This document shows, in pieces, positions 9,489 through 19,977 of a stretch of DNA of 64,000 nt (its first letter is position 1; every line of letters starts with the position of its first letter). This DNA is from Bacteroidia bacterium (lineage in GTDB: Bacteria; Bacteroidota; Bacteroidia; M30B66). The position numbers and the translations under genes were made by a program. The stretch spans positions 3,328,001 to 3,392,000 of the forward strand of contig OZ257142.1 of the NCBI GenBank assembly GCA_965279035.1, given 5' to 3'. Under the pieces are notes generated by a model. It searched no databases. It worked only from the letters and a program-made list of their open reading frames with translations, and was not told where the DNA came from.

Positions 9489-9884
9489 TTACTGTTTGTA
9501 AAGTCGGTGAATGACAGAAGAACGTTGAAAAGGAGCTTGCAGAGAAATTAGGTAAGCTCCAGCAGGATAAGAAGTCAAATCGAGACGAATCTGATTTTCT
9601 CCTTCCACCACATTTACTTGACGAACCAAAGGCAGAGCTTTCCCTGTTTGATCCATCAATTGAACTAACATAGTAGTTTCCTCTCCGCTGTTTACGTAAA
9701 GCACGTATTCAGCATCCATGCGGCCTGATTCGAGTCGTGTTTCGATCGAATGTACCTTTTCATCCATAACTTCAATCGGTGTTTCTTCCTTCAATGCGAG
9801 TAAGTTCGCATCATCGGGCACCGATAGCTGAGCCATCGCGCCAAAAGGAATTACACAAAATGTTAAGAGTAGTTTTTTAATCAT
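9489..9884 (-). CDS. Small secreted protein consisting mostly of a T9SS type A CTD-like domain
   Basis: Signal peptide; C-terminal LDLTSYPAGAYLISL...HRLYKQ resembles the Por secretion tail. Confidence 0.6.
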   Translation of the reverse strand: MIKKLLLTFCVIPFGAMAQLSVPDDANLLALKEETPIEVMDEKVHSIETRLESGRMDAEYVLYVNSGEETTMLVQLMDQTGKALPLVRQVNVVEGENQIRLDLTSYPAGAYLISLQAPFQRSSVIHRLYKQ

Positions 9885-10233
9885 GCAAACTATTTTAAGG
9901 GTTTACACAAAGTTTAGCCTTTCTATTCACTGCATTTTCCCACATAAGCGAAAGGGATTACGTATGTAAGTTCGAATGTATATTCTAAACTAAACTTCAT
10001 TTTATATAACATCTTATCTAGGAACAATAGGAAAATTAATGATACTATTCAGAATAGAAACCATGTTTAAATCCTGTAGATTCTGGTTTTTAATTATTAA
10101 TAATCAAGAAATAATGAATCAACTTAAATAAACAACAAACTCTAAAAATCCAATTTCTTATCTTCAATTAGAAATAAGAATTTTATTAAATAATTCAGGA
10201 TATTAACCTTGAATGTTCAAAATAACTTTTTGC

Positions 10234-10241
10234 TACATTTG
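10234..10241 (+). promoter_or_regulatory. -7 promoter element (TACATTTG) for the small-ORF/ART operon
   Basis: TAnnTTTG match ending 17 nt before ATG 10259, with TTG at 10209-10211. Confidence 0.6.
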
Positions 10242-10258
10242 ACGTTTAATCAATCATC

Positions 10259-10432
10259 ATGAATGAACAAGAGAAATCAGAATTCCTAGAAATCCTCAAA
10301 AAGGAAAGGGAAAAACTTTCTAAGAATTCGGATAAAGCAAAAGAATTTCTTGTTAAAGTTGGTATATCTACGTTAAGTGGAAACTACAAAAAGGCATACA
10401 GGAATTTATGTATACCTCAAGAGCTGGCTTAA
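10259..10432 (+). CDS. 57-aa putative antitoxin (absent from the ORF track)
   Basis: Hand translation MNEQEKSEFLEILKKEREKLSKNSDKAKEFLVKVGISTLSGNYKKAYRNLCIPQELA; follows the promoter and overlaps the next gene by 25 nt. Confidence 0.75.
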   Translation: MNEQEKSEFLEILKKEREKLSKNSDKAKEFLVKVGISTLSGNYKKAYRNLCIPQELA

Positions 10433-11022
10433 TTCTAGCCTTTCACGGATGTGATGCATCAATAGTAGAAAAAGTAGTATTAGGCAAAGAGGAATTAAAA
10501 GCTAGTGAAAACGTTTATGACTGGCTTGGTCATGGAATATATTTTTGGGATAGCAGCCCTTCAAGAGCATTAGAATTTGCCAATCAATTGAAAATTAAAC
10601 ATGCTAAATCATCCAAAAATAAAATTGAAAATCCAGCTGTAATTGGTGCTGTTTTAAATTTAGGTTTTTGCTTAGACTTGCTTGATTATGAAAATCTGCA
10701 GGTGTTAAAATCAGGATATGATCTTTTAGATTCAACTCTTAAATCAGCAAAACTTCCAGAAAATAAAAAAGTTGATACATCCCATGATTTATTATTAAGA
10801 GATCTGGATTGCGCTGTAATTGAAACTTTGCACCAAGTTAGATCAGATAATAAATTACAACCGTATGATTCTGTAAGAGGAGTATTTTGGGAAGGTGAAG
10901 AATTATATCCGAATGCTGGTTTTAGAGAAAAAGATCACATTCAAATTTGTATACGAAATCCAAATTGTGTAAAAGGATATTTCATTCCAAAGGATATTAA
11001 TAAACTCTATAAATCCGTTTAA
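10408..11022 (+). CDS. ADP-ribosyltransferase-fold protein (H-Y-Q), putative toxin
   Basis: AFHG (H13), WLGHGIYFW (Y45), HIQICIRN (third position Q); no signal peptide; AT-rich DNA. Confidence 0.7.
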   Translation: MYTSRAGLILAFHGCDASIVEKVVLGKEELKASENVYDWLGHGIYFWDSSPSRALEFANQLKIKHAKSSKNKIENPAVIGAVLNLGFCLDLLDYENLQVLKSGYDLLDSTLKSAKLPENKKVDTSHDLLLRDLDCAVIETLHQVRSDNKLQPYDSVRGVFWEGEELYPNAGFREKDHIQICIRNPNCVKGYFIPKDINKLYKSV

Positions 11023-11058
11023 CTAAAATTTTTTAATTCCACTAAAAATAATCCCTCT

Positions 11059-12843
11059 TCACTCCTTCACCAATCTACTCGAAAACCATTTCCCATCCTG
11101 CAGTTGCACATACACACAATAAATTCCTGCAGAAATTTCGCTCAAATCTATCTTCGATTCTTTTTCAATTTCTTCACCTGAAAGTGAGCGAATAATTGCC
11201 CCATCCGAACGAAGTATTTTCATAGACTTAATCGCATGATTCTGCTTTAACTGAATAGATGATTTTACAGGATTTGGCCAAAAGATTATTTCTTGCTTTG
11301 CAGTATTTTCAATGCCTGCAGGATTTATTACTAAATAAGTCCGCATAGCCGACCAAGCTGAATTTCCCGAATCCGAAATCGCACGAACATTCCAGGAATA
11401 TTCAGCGCCCCAAGTCAATGAATCTTCTTCAAACGATGAATTCGAAGTGCTACGAACAAACGAGTGCATCACATCTTCCTCAAAACTTAAACGCAATTCA
11501 TACTGCTCAGCATCACTCACCGTTGTCCATTGAAACACACTCAAATTATTCACTAATTGCGCTTGATTAACTGGTGAAACTGGCTGTGGCGTTGATAATG
11601 CTGCCATCCGAAATGCAAGCGTATCCGATGCTACACTCGAAAATGTGCTATCCTTAAATGCCTGTACACTCCAGAAATATTCTTTTTTACGAATCAACGT
11701 ATCCAGCTCAATTTGATTATTTGTCGTTTCAATTTCCAATGGATTTCCTAAACTATCATTTTGCGAAAGTCGAAATTTATAATGTGTAGAATAAGGAACC
11801 GGATTCCATCTAAATATTGTATTTAAATCAACATCCACTTCATCAGCAGTCGGTGTTACTTGGATTGGTTGTGCAATAAAAGTGAGTGTTTTAAAACTTC
11901 GTAATGGCGACCATGCCGAAACAATCGTTGCCGTATTAAATGCCCGCACATACCAGTAATACGTATGATTCGGTTTGAGAATTTCTACCGTTAAATTGGT
12001 ATCAGGCAAAGTATAAATCAAGGGATTATTTAATTGAGGAATGGTATCAATATAGATCTGATACAGATTGGCAAATTCGCAGGTGTTCCATAAAAATGTT
12101 TGAGTCGTTGCTTGTTCTATCAAACCCTGTTCTGGCGCGAGTTGCGTTGGTGCATTGGGGACAAAAATATTCGCATCACCCGTCGAAAACCAGCGTATAT
12201 GCCATGCCGATGTATCTACTAAATTAATTGCACGAACACGCCAAAAATAAACATGATTGGGAACCGAAGTCGTGATTAATTGCTTAGAATCGGCAGCGTT
12301 GGAACTCGTATCAGTATAGGTTTTATGAAAATTTTGGAGCGAAACTGAATTGAATAAATTCGTCGTATCCACTTGCACATGGTACTGGTTTGCACCCGGA
12401 TGCGAATACCAATCGAGCATTACGCTGCCTTGATTGAGATTTAATTGCGCATTATCGGGCGATTGTATTGGGACAATTCCTAGCGTAGAAAAACTGCGTA
12501 CGTTTGACCATTGTGAAGTGTCGTTCGCTTGCCAGGCGCGGATTCTCCAATAATACACTTCGCCAAAATACAGGTTGTTTAACTGATGTTTTGTATCCGT
12601 CCCAGAATTAGAATTTCCCAAATAATTCTTTTGAATACGCTGCTTAAAGGGCGAATTAAACAAAGCCGAAGTGTCCAATTCCAATTGATACGCCGTCGAA
12701 AGTGGCACTGCATTCCAATCAATTAAAACCGAAGTTGGCTTCAAAGCCTGGTTGATTGGCAATACAGGAACGGGCGTTTCCCAAGCCAGCAAAGGATTTA
12801 TCGATAAAATAATATACAAGAAAAAAGGAAAAGTCCATTTCAT
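11059..12843 (-). CDS. Fibronectin type III repeat protein with T9SS type A CTD
   Basis: Five Y(Y/F/S)WxVxA-type FN3 units; WPNP...SAGIYCV...RLVKE tail; signal peptide. Confidence 0.85.
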   Translation of the reverse strand: MKWTFPFFLYIILSINPLLAWETPVPVLPINQALKPTSVLIDWNAVPLSTAYQLELDTSALFNSPFKQRIQKNYLGNSNSGTDTKHQLNNLYFGEVYYWRIRAWQANDTSQWSNVRSFSTLGIVPIQSPDNAQLNLNQGSVMLDWYSHPGANQYHVQVDTTNLFNSVSLQNFHKTYTDTSSNAADSKQLITTSVPNHVYFWRVRAINLVDTSAWHIRWFSTGDANIFVPNAPTQLAPEQGLIEQATTQTFLWNTCEFANLYQIYIDTIPQLNNPLIYTLPDTNLTVEILKPNHTYYWYVRAFNTATIVSAWSPLRSFKTLTFIAQPIQVTPTADEVDVDLNTIFRWNPVPYSTHYKFRLSQNDSLGNPLEIETTNNQIELDTLIRKKEYFWSVQAFKDSTFSSVASDTLAFRMAALSTPQPVSPVNQAQLVNNLSVFQWTTVSDAEQYELRLSFEEDVMHSFVRSTSNSSFEEDSLTWGAEYSWNVRAISDSGNSAWSAMRTYLVINPAGIENTAKQEIIFWPNPVKSSIQLKQNHAIKSMKILRSDGAIIRSLSGEEIEKESKIDLSEISAGIYCVYVQLQDGKWFSSRLVKE

Positions 12844-12947
12844 AGGCGCGCAATCAACAGGTACTGATTCGTTTTTAAACCCAAAAAGTTGCTGCGTATT
12901 CGCGTCAGACCTTACATATATAGGTTGTTCAGATGATGTATTTTAAC

Positions 12948-13085
12948 TTGGGCGCCAGATCGGTCGTCGCTACTCGCTGCTCCATTTTCGTTTTCCTCCA
13001 AGTGATTTCTCCAAGCAACAGATCATCAATCCAAATCATTCTGCTCATTTCCCGCGAGCTCAAACAGACCGCTCCACCCTAGCGC
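12948..13085 (+). repeat. Intergenic repeat / possible structured RNA, long copy
   Basis: TTGGGCG...CGCTACTCGC...GCTCCACCCTAGCGC shares ordered blocks with 48738-48793 (minus). Confidence 0.5.
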
Positions 13086-13133
13086 TTTCAGGTAAAACAA
13101 AAATCCATCAGTAATTTCAGCATGCATTCAAAC

Positions 13134-13170
13134 AAAAAAAATCCCTGCCAACAAACATCGACAGGGATTT
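13134..13170 (-). terminator. Intrinsic terminator of the aconitase gene
   Basis: ATCCCTG/CAGGGAT stem with a U-tract on the minus strand. Confidence 0.8.
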
Positions 13171-13192
13171 CAGAATAAAATTATGACTGAAA

Positions 13193-15457
13193 TTATTTCA
13201 CCGCAGCTTTAATCAAATTCAATGCTGAACCTGCTTTAAACCACTCAATTTGTGCTTCGTTGTAAGTATGATTTGCCCAAATTGTTTCGCTGGTTCCATT
13301 GTCGTGATGTAGCACAATTTCCAATGCTTTACCTGGAGCAAACGTTGTTAAACCTTTGATATCGATAGAATCGTTTTCCAAAATCTTATCGTAATCTTCC
13401 TTGTTTGCAAATGTCAAAGCCAACATGCCTTGTTTCTTCAAATTGGTTTCGTGAATACGAGCAAAGCTTTTCACCATCACCGCACGAACACCTAAATGAC
13501 GTGGTTCCATCGCCGCATGCTCACGACTCGAGCCTTCACCATAATTCTCATCACCAATCACAATCGAACCAATACCAGCCGCTTTGTATGCGCGTTGGGT
13601 AGCCGGAACCGGACCGTATTCACCTGTCAATTGGTTTTTCACTGAATCGGTTTTCTCATTAAAGAAATTCAATGCACCAATCAGCATGTTATTCGAAATA
13701 TTATCCAAATGCCCACGATACTTCAACCAAGGTCCAGCCATCGAAATATGGTCGGTTGTACATTTCCCTTTGGCTTTTATCAAGAGTTTCAAATTGCTCA
13801 AATCAATTCCTTCCCAAGCTGGAAAAGAATCCAATAATTGCAAACGATCACTCGTAGAAGAAACTTTCACTTCAACGCCAGAACCATCTTTCGAAGGTGC
13901 TTGATATCCTGCATCATCCACCGCAAATCCACGAGAAGGAAGTTCATCGCCTGTTGGTGCATCCAGTTTCACTTGCTCACCTTTGCTGTTTGTCAAGGTA
14001 TCAGTCAAAGGATTGAATCCTAAATCTCCAGCAATAGCTAAAGCCGTCACCAATTCAGGCGAACCAACAAATGCATAGGTATTTGGGTTTCCATCCGCAC
14101 GCTTTGCGAAATTCCGATTAAAGGAATGCACGATGGTATTTTTCTCTTGCTTCTCTGCACCAAATCGATTCCACATTCCGATGCATGGACCGCAAGCATT
14201 CGCAAATACCTTCGCTCCCATTTTATCAAATACTTCCAAGAATCCGTCACGCTCAATCGTATAACGAACCATTTCCGATCCTGGAGTAATGGTAAATTCT
14301 GCTTTCGCCACTAAATCTTTTGCATTGGCTTGGCGTGCAAGCGATACCGAGCGACTAATATCTTCATATGAAGAATTGGTACATGAACCAATTAAGCCTA
14401 CATCAATTTTTGTTGGCCAACCGTTCGCTGCAGCAACTTCTTTCATCTTCGAAATTGGCGTTGCCAAATCGGGTGTAAACGGACCATTGAGGTAGGGTTC
14501 TAATTCATCCAAATTGATTTCGATAATTTGATCGAAGTATTTTTCTGGATTAGCATATACTTCAGGATCGGCGGTTAAATGCTCACGAATTCCATTGGCA
14601 AGATCAGCAACCTCAGCGCGACTTGTACTGCGTAAATACCGTTCCATCGAATCATCGTAACCAAACGTTGAAGTTGTTGCTCCTATTTCTGCTCCCATGT
14701 TGCAGATTGTTCCTTTTCCGGTACAGCTTAAAGATTGTGCTCCTTCACCAAAATATTCAACCACAGCACCAGTTCCGCCTTTCACCGTAAGGATTCCAGC
14801 TACTTTCAAAATCACATCTTTGGGCGAAGTCCAGCCGTTGAGTTTTCCTGTCAATTTAATTCCAATCAACTTAGGAAACTTCAGCTCCCAAGCTAAACCA
14901 GCCATTACATCACAGGCATCAGCACCACCAACTCCAATAGCAATCATTCCCAAACCACCAGCATTCACGGTATGCGAATCGGTACCGATCATCATTCCAC
15001 CAGGGAAAGCATAATTTTCCAAAACTACTTGGTGAATAATTCCAGCACCCGGTTTCCAAAATCCAATGCCGTATTTATCCGAAATAGAAGAAAGGAAATC
15101 GTACACTTCTTTGTTCGAATTCACTGCTGTCGAAAGATCGGTCGATGAACCAACCTGCGCTGTAATCAAGTGATCGCAATGCACCGAAGATGGAACTGCT
15201 ACTTGTTTCCGCCCAGCTTGCATAAATTGCAACAAGGCCATTTGTGCTGTAGCATCTTGCATAGCCACACGATCCGGAGCAAAATCAACATAGGATTTCC
15301 CACGCTCAAACGCAGTATTCACAGGGTTTTCCCAGAGATGCGTATAAAGAATTTTTTCAGAAAGCGTGAGCGGACGACCCACTAAGTTGCGTGCTGCCTC
15401 AACACGCGCCCCGAAACCTGCGTACACATTTCGGATCATTTCGATATCAAATGCCAT
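13193..15457 (-). CDS. acnA: Aconitate hydratase (mitochondrial-like type)
   Basis: [55 protein letters not shown]. Confidence 0.95.
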   Translation of the reverse strand: MAFDIEMIRNVYAGFGARVEAARNLVGRPLTLSEKILYTHLWENPVNTAFERGKSYVDFAPDRVAMQDATAQMALLQFMQAGRKQVAVPSSVHCDHLITAQVGSSTDLSTAVNSNKEVYDFLSSISDKYGIGFWKPGAGIIHQVVLENYAFPGGMMIGTDSHTVNAGGLGMIAIGVGGADACDVMAGLAWELKFPKLIGIKLTGKLNGWTSPKDVILKVAGILTVKGGTGAVVEYFGEGAQSLSCTGKGTICNMGAEIGATTSTFGYDDSMERYLRSTSRAEVADLANGIREHLTADPEVYANPEKYFDQIIEINLDELEPYLNGPFTPDLATPISKMKEVAAANGWPTKIDVGLIGSCTNSSYEDISRSVSLARQANAKDLVAKAEFTITPGSEMVRYTIERDGFLEVFDKMGAKVFANACGPCIGMWNRFGAEKQEKNTIVHSFNRNFAKRADGNPNTYAFVGSPELVTALAIAGDLGFNPLTDTLTNSKGEQVKLDAPTGDELPSRGFAVDDAGYQAPSKDGSGVEVKVSSTSDRLQLLDSFPAWEGIDLSNLKLLIKAKGKCTTDHISMAGPWLKYRGHLDNISNNMLIGALNFFNEKTDSVKNQLTGEYGPVPATQRAYKAAGIGSIVIGDENYGEGSSREHAAMEPRHLGVRAVMVKSFARIHETNLKKQGMLALTFANKEDYDKILENDSIDIKGLTTFAPGKALEIVLHHDNGTSETIWANHTYNEAQIEWFKAGSALNLIKAAVK

Positions 15458-15614
15458 GGAATAAGTATGTTTTCGATTGATTATCAGCAGTTTTCAAAAT
15501 CGACAACTGCCTTGCTAAAGTAAACGATTCAACGCTTGCATGCAAGGAAACTGCTGGTGAATTTTATTGAATTCAACAGGATTTATTGGATCCGAATCAA
15601 ATCAATCTTCCACC

Positions 15615-16922
15615 CTATTTCACCAAATATCCCGATAACCTCAACAAAGAAACTTTGGCCTCTATGGCTTGCCAAGAAGCCGTTGTTTGTCTTTGAATGG
15701 CTTCTTCATAACTCCGCTGCGCCTCTTTTACAATGAGAATGGTTCCATTTCCCAACTTCAAACGCTCCAACGCCAATGCGAGATTTTCTTTTGCCGATTC
15801 AAAATTCTCAAGCTCCAGTTTCAATAATTCTGTTGCTTGTTGCCATTGTCGAATTGCTACTAAAATCGAAGCATCGGTCAATAACATGGCGTCTTTAATA
15901 CGCAACTCATCGTTGTCGAGCAGCAATTGAGATTGCTTAATTCGTGAATTCAACTGTCCACCATTGAACAAATTCCAGCTCAATGTCAATCCACCGTTCA
16001 AGCCATTGCTCTGATTAAACAAGGCAAATCCAGCCGAACTACTGTTACGAGAATAGTTGTAACCCGTACTTAATTTTAAAATAGGAGAACGTTCTGCTTT
16101 TATTTCCCGAAGTCGGAATTGATTGAGCGATTGATTCCCTTTAGCTAATAAAATACTAGCATTCTTCTCCATCGCTTGCTTGCGAATTTCCTCCAATTGC
16201 GGCAAATAATCGAGATTCACTTTTTCGGGAAACTGATATTCCGTTGTTAATGAAACGCCCATCAGTCGATTCAATTCCGTTTGTGCATTAGTCAATGCCA
16301 TATCTTGCTGCAGCAACAGGGATTTTGAGGTGTTTCGATCGACTGTTACTTGCAAAATTTCCTGACGTGAAGAGGATCCTACTTCTTGCTTTCTTTTCGT
16401 TAAGGCTAATTGCTCTTCAGTAATATCCAACCCAAACTTCAAGGATTTCACTTCTTGCTTTAAACGAATAATCAAGTAATACGCATCCAAAATATCGGAA
16501 ACCTGTTGTTCAATTTGAGCTCGAAGTTGAACTTGACTCAAAGCTTTCTGCTCTTTCAATCGATCCCAAATCACAAACATTTTCCCACCATCAAAAAGTG
16601 TCCAACCCAAGCTAGCAGAAGCATTCGTCGCGTTATTACTCACACCATTGGTCGCTACCGAAATTCCATTGGAATACCGTTGATTGATGTTGATGTTTTG
16701 TCCTGTTGCTCCAGCAGCAAGATCTACACGTGGCAACATGCCTGCATTTCCGCGTGTAACGCCCGCTTCGGTAGAAAGCTGATCATTGCGTGCAATGAGG
16801 ATAGAAAAATTGTTTTTCAAAGCCAAGTCAATGGCCATTTCGGGACTGAGAACTTCCTGAGCCGACAAACTTTCTAACGAAAAAAGGAATGTACAAACAA
16901 TCCAGAATCTATGCATTATCAT
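15615..16922 (-). CDS. TolC-family outer membrane efflux protein
   Basis: ALKNN...LPRVDL, WTLFDGG and WNLFNGG repeats; last gene of the RND operon. Confidence 0.9.
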   Translation of the reverse strand: MIMHRFWIVCTFLFSLESLSAQEVLSPEMAIDLALKNNFSILIARNDQLSTEAGVTRGNAGMLPRVDLAAGATGQNININQRYSNGISVATNGVSNNATNASASLGWTLFDGGKMFVIWDRLKEQKALSQVQLRAQIEQQVSDILDAYYLIIRLKQEVKSLKFGLDITEEQLALTKRKQEVGSSSRQEILQVTVDRNTSKSLLLQQDMALTNAQTELNRLMGVSLTTEYQFPEKVNLDYLPQLEEIRKQAMEKNASILLAKGNQSLNQFRLREIKAERSPILKLSTGYNYSRNSSSAGFALFNQSNGLNGGLTLSWNLFNGGQLNSRIKQSQLLLDNDELRIKDAMLLTDASILVAIRQWQQATELLKLELENFESAKENLALALERLKLGNGTILIVKEAQRSYEEAIQRQTTASWQAIEAKVSLLRLSGYLVK

Positions 16923-19900
16923 GGTGCTTGCGTGTTTTAGCGATAAACGAATACATGGCTGGAATAACGAAAAGTGTCAATGAGAGCGAAAAAAGTAATC
17001 CACCAATGATGACGATTCCCATTCCCATGCGACTAACAGCACCTGCGCCGAGGGCAAGAGCAATCGGTAAAGCTCCAAGTGCTGTGGCTAAAGTGGTCAT
17101 CAAAATAGGACGTAATCGTGCCGAAGCAGCGTGAAGTATGGCATTGGCTTTCGACTCGCCACGTTCTTGAAGTTGATTGGCAAATTCCACAATCAAAATC
17201 CCATTTTTGGTTACCAATCCTATGAGCATGATAATTCCAATTTGACTGAAAATATTCATAGTTTGGTTGAAATACCAGAGCGAAAACAAAGCGCCAGCAA
17301 AGGCCAAAGGAACAGTGAGCATAATTACCAATGGATCGCGAAAACTCTCGAATTGTGCAGCTAATACGAGGTAAATCAACACAAGGGCAAGTATGAGTGC
17401 AAAGAAAATGTTGGAAGAACTTTCTTCAAAATCGCGCGAAGCACCTGTTAATGCTGTAGAAAATGAATCATCAAGCAGCTTTGCCGAAATTTCCTTCATC
17501 ACCTTAATTCCGTCACCAATGGTTTTACCTGATGCCAAACCAGCCGAAACAGTTGCCGCTGAATACCGATTATAATGATACAATTGCGGCGGACTGCTCA
17601 CTTCGTTTACATCAACCAAATTATCTAACTGCACCAGTTCTCCTGTATTGGTTCGTACCGACAAAGATTTCAAATCGAGTGGTTCATCGCGGTTGGCTCT
17701 ATCCACTTGTCCAACCACCTGATATTGTTTTCCATTAAGTGTAAAATACGCCATGCGCGAACTACTTAGCGACAATTGCAAGGTTTGAGCAATGGCTTGA
17801 ACCGAAACGCCCATGCTCTCGGCTTTGTCGCGATTGATGCTCACATTGAGTTCGGGTTTATTAAATTTCAGGTTGACATCTACTCCTTGAAACGTAGAAT
17901 TTTTATTGGCTTCATCAAGGAATTTTGGAAGCACTTCTTTCAGCTTTTCGAAGTTGGGTGCTTGCAACACAAATTGAATGGGCAATCCACCAAAACCTCC
18001 GGTAGAAATGGTTTGCTGTTGAACAACAAATACTTTCGCTTGAGGAAATGCTTTAGCGCGCTTCATTACATAATTGGCAATGTCTTGCTGTGAGCGTTTT
18101 CGTGTCGCAGGATCTCCCAAAGTGATGCGAATAAACCCGCTGTTAACCGATCCAGAACCAGCAAATCCGGGAGCTGTAACAGTGAGAATGATATCTTTTT
18201 CGGGGATGGAATCATTGATGAAATCGTTCAACCTCAACACCACATCATCGGTGTATTCATAGGAAGCACCTTCGGGAGCAGTGACAATTAATCGCATCCA
18301 ACTTCGATCTTCCAAAGGTGAAAGTTCCGATTGCAACAAAGGATAAATGCCGACGATCATTCCAATAGCAAGAGCCAAAATGAGCAATGCTTGCCCACGA
18401 CGTTTCATAAAGGCAGCAAGCAAATTCTGATAGCCTTCTTCCATCTTGACAAAAAACGGCTCAGTTGCAATGTAAAAACGGCTCTTCTTGGTTGGATCTT
18501 TTCGCACCAAGCGTGCATTCAGCATGGGCGTGAGCGATAGAGAAACAAAGGCCGAAATGGCAACAGCTCCAGCGAGCACAACTCCAAATTCGCGGAATAA
18601 TCGACCAACAAATCCTTCCAGAAAAATCACCGGCATAAACACCGCAATCAAGGTGATGGAAGTAGAAATAACGGCAAAAAATATTTCGTTAGAACCTTTG
18701 ATAGCTGCTTCCATGGGAGGCATTCCACCTTCAATCTTTTTGTAAATATTTTCGGTCACCACAATTCCATCATCCACCACCAAACCGGTTGCTAAAACTA
18801 TGGCGAGCAAGGTTAACACGTTAATCGAATAGCCCATTAGATACATGATGAAAAATGCACCCAAAAGCGAAACGGGAATGTCGATAAGCGGACGAATAGC
18901 AATGAGCCAATCGCGGAAAAACAGGAATATGATGATGATTACCAATAGGATGGCGATGATGAGTGTTTCAACAACTTCATCTACACTTTGTCGAATAAAC
19001 TTGGTGTTATCGAGCGCAATTCCCAATTTAAAACCTTCGGGAATGTCCTTTTTGATGTCTTCTACCCGTTTGTAAAACTCTTTCGAAATTTCGAGGTAAT
19101 TAGCTCCTGGCTGAGGAACCAAGGCAACAGCAACCATGGGCGTTCCATTTTGACGCAACATGGTTTCCTCATTTTCGGGACCCAAACGCGCTTCTCCAAT
19201 ATCCGCAAAACGAACATTGACGCCATTTTCGGAACGTAAAATCAAGTTGTTGAATTCCGTTTCGTTGTGTAATCGACCAACAGTTTTAACGCTTAGTTCG
19301 GTAGCATTTCCTTCGATTTTTCCGCCCGGCAACTCAACATTTTGCGAGTTCAAAGCATTTTGAATATCCATCGGTGTAATGCCCAAAGCAGCCATCTTCG
19401 CAGGATTCATCCACAAGCGCATGGCGTATTTTTTCTGTCCCCAAATCTGCAAAGAACTCACACCGGGAATCGTCTGCAAGCGTTCACCAATCACGTTCTC
19501 AGCATAATCGCTTACTTCTAATTGGGTTTTAGTATTGCTTTCAACCGTCAAACTTAAAATAGCATCCGAATTCGCATCCGCTTTCGAAACAATGGGCAAT
19601 CCGTCAATGTCTTTGGGAAGATCACGAACCGTTTGCGACACTTTATCACGCACATCATTGGCAGCCGCTTCGAGGTTTGAACCCAAATTAAATTCTACGG
19701 TAATCACACTGTTTCCTTGGTTGCTCGCCGAAGAAATTGTCCGAATACCTTCAATCCCATTCAAGGCTTTTTCGAGTGGCTCGGTGATTTGAGATTCAAT
19801 CACATCGGCATTCGCCCCGGCATAACCTGTCCGCACCGTAATTACTGGTGGATCGATGGAAGGAAATTCACGAACTCCCAATGAAGTATAGCCTATCCAA

Positions 19901-19977
19901 CCAAACAAGACAATAATCAAATTCATCACAATGGCCAATACTGGTCGTCGGATGCTTATCGTAGAAAGACTGCTCAT
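16909..19977 (-). CDS. AcrB/AcrD/AcrF-family RND permease
   Basis: IRRPVLA, GLVVDDGIVVTENI, GLVTKNGILIVEFA, RLRPILMT. Confidence 0.95.
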   Translation of the reverse strand: MSSLSTISIRRPVLAIVMNLIIVLFGWIGYTSLGVREFPSIDPPVITVRTGYAGANADVIESQITEPLEKALNGIEGIRTISSASNQGNSVITVEFNLGSNLEAAANDVRDKVSQTVRDLPKDIDGLPIVSKADANSDAILSLTVESNTKTQLEVSDYAENVIGERLQTIPGVSSLQIWGQKKYAMRLWMNPAKMAALGITPMDIQNALNSQNVELPGGKIEGNATELSVKTVGRLHNETEFNNLILRSENGVNVRFADIGEARLGPENEETMLRQNGTPMVAVALVPQPGANYLEISKEFYKRVEDIKKDIPEGFKLGIALDNTKFIRQSVDEVVETLIIAILLVIIIIFLFFRDWLIAIRPLIDIPVSLLGAFFIMYLMGYSINVLTLLAIVLATGLVVDDGIVVTENIYKKIEGGMPPMEAAIKGSNEIFFAVISTSITLIAVFMPVIFLEGFVGRLFREFGVVLAGAVAISAFVSLSLTPMLNARLVRKDPTKKSRFYIATEPFFVKMEEGYQNLLAAFMKRRGQALLILALAIGMIVGIYPLLQSELSPLEDRSWMRLIVTAPEGASYEYTDDVVLRLNDFINDSIPEKDIILTVTAPGFAGSGSVNSGFIRITLGDPATRKRSQQDIANYVMKRAKAFPQAKVFVVQQQTISTGGFGGLPIQFVLQAPNFEKLKEVLPKFLDEANKNSTFQGVDVNLKFNKPELNVSINRDKAESMGVSVQAIAQTLQLSLSSSRMAYFTLNGKQYQVVGQVDRANRDEPLDLKSLSVRTNTGELVQLDNLVDVNEVSSPPQLYHYNRYSAATVSAGLASGKTIGDGIKVMKEISAKLLDDSFSTALTGASRDFEESSSNIFFALILALVLIYLVLAAQFESFRDPLVIMLTVPLAFAGALFSLWYFNQTMNIFSQIGIIMLIGLVTKNGILIVEFANQLQERGESKANAILHAASARLRPILMTTLATALGALPIALALGAGAVSRMGMGIVIIGGLLFSLSLTLFVIPAMYSFIAKTRKHHDNA

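Noticed and set aside
10408-11022. Calling the ART gene a bona fide CmdTAC system
   Set aside because: No downstream antitoxin or SecB-like chaperone; the resemblance is at motif level only and was not verified by search.
12752-12946. 64-aa plus-strand ORF, and the many other short ORFs nested in long genes
   Set aside because: They are shadow ORFs antisense or out of frame to well-supported genes, without motifs or start context.
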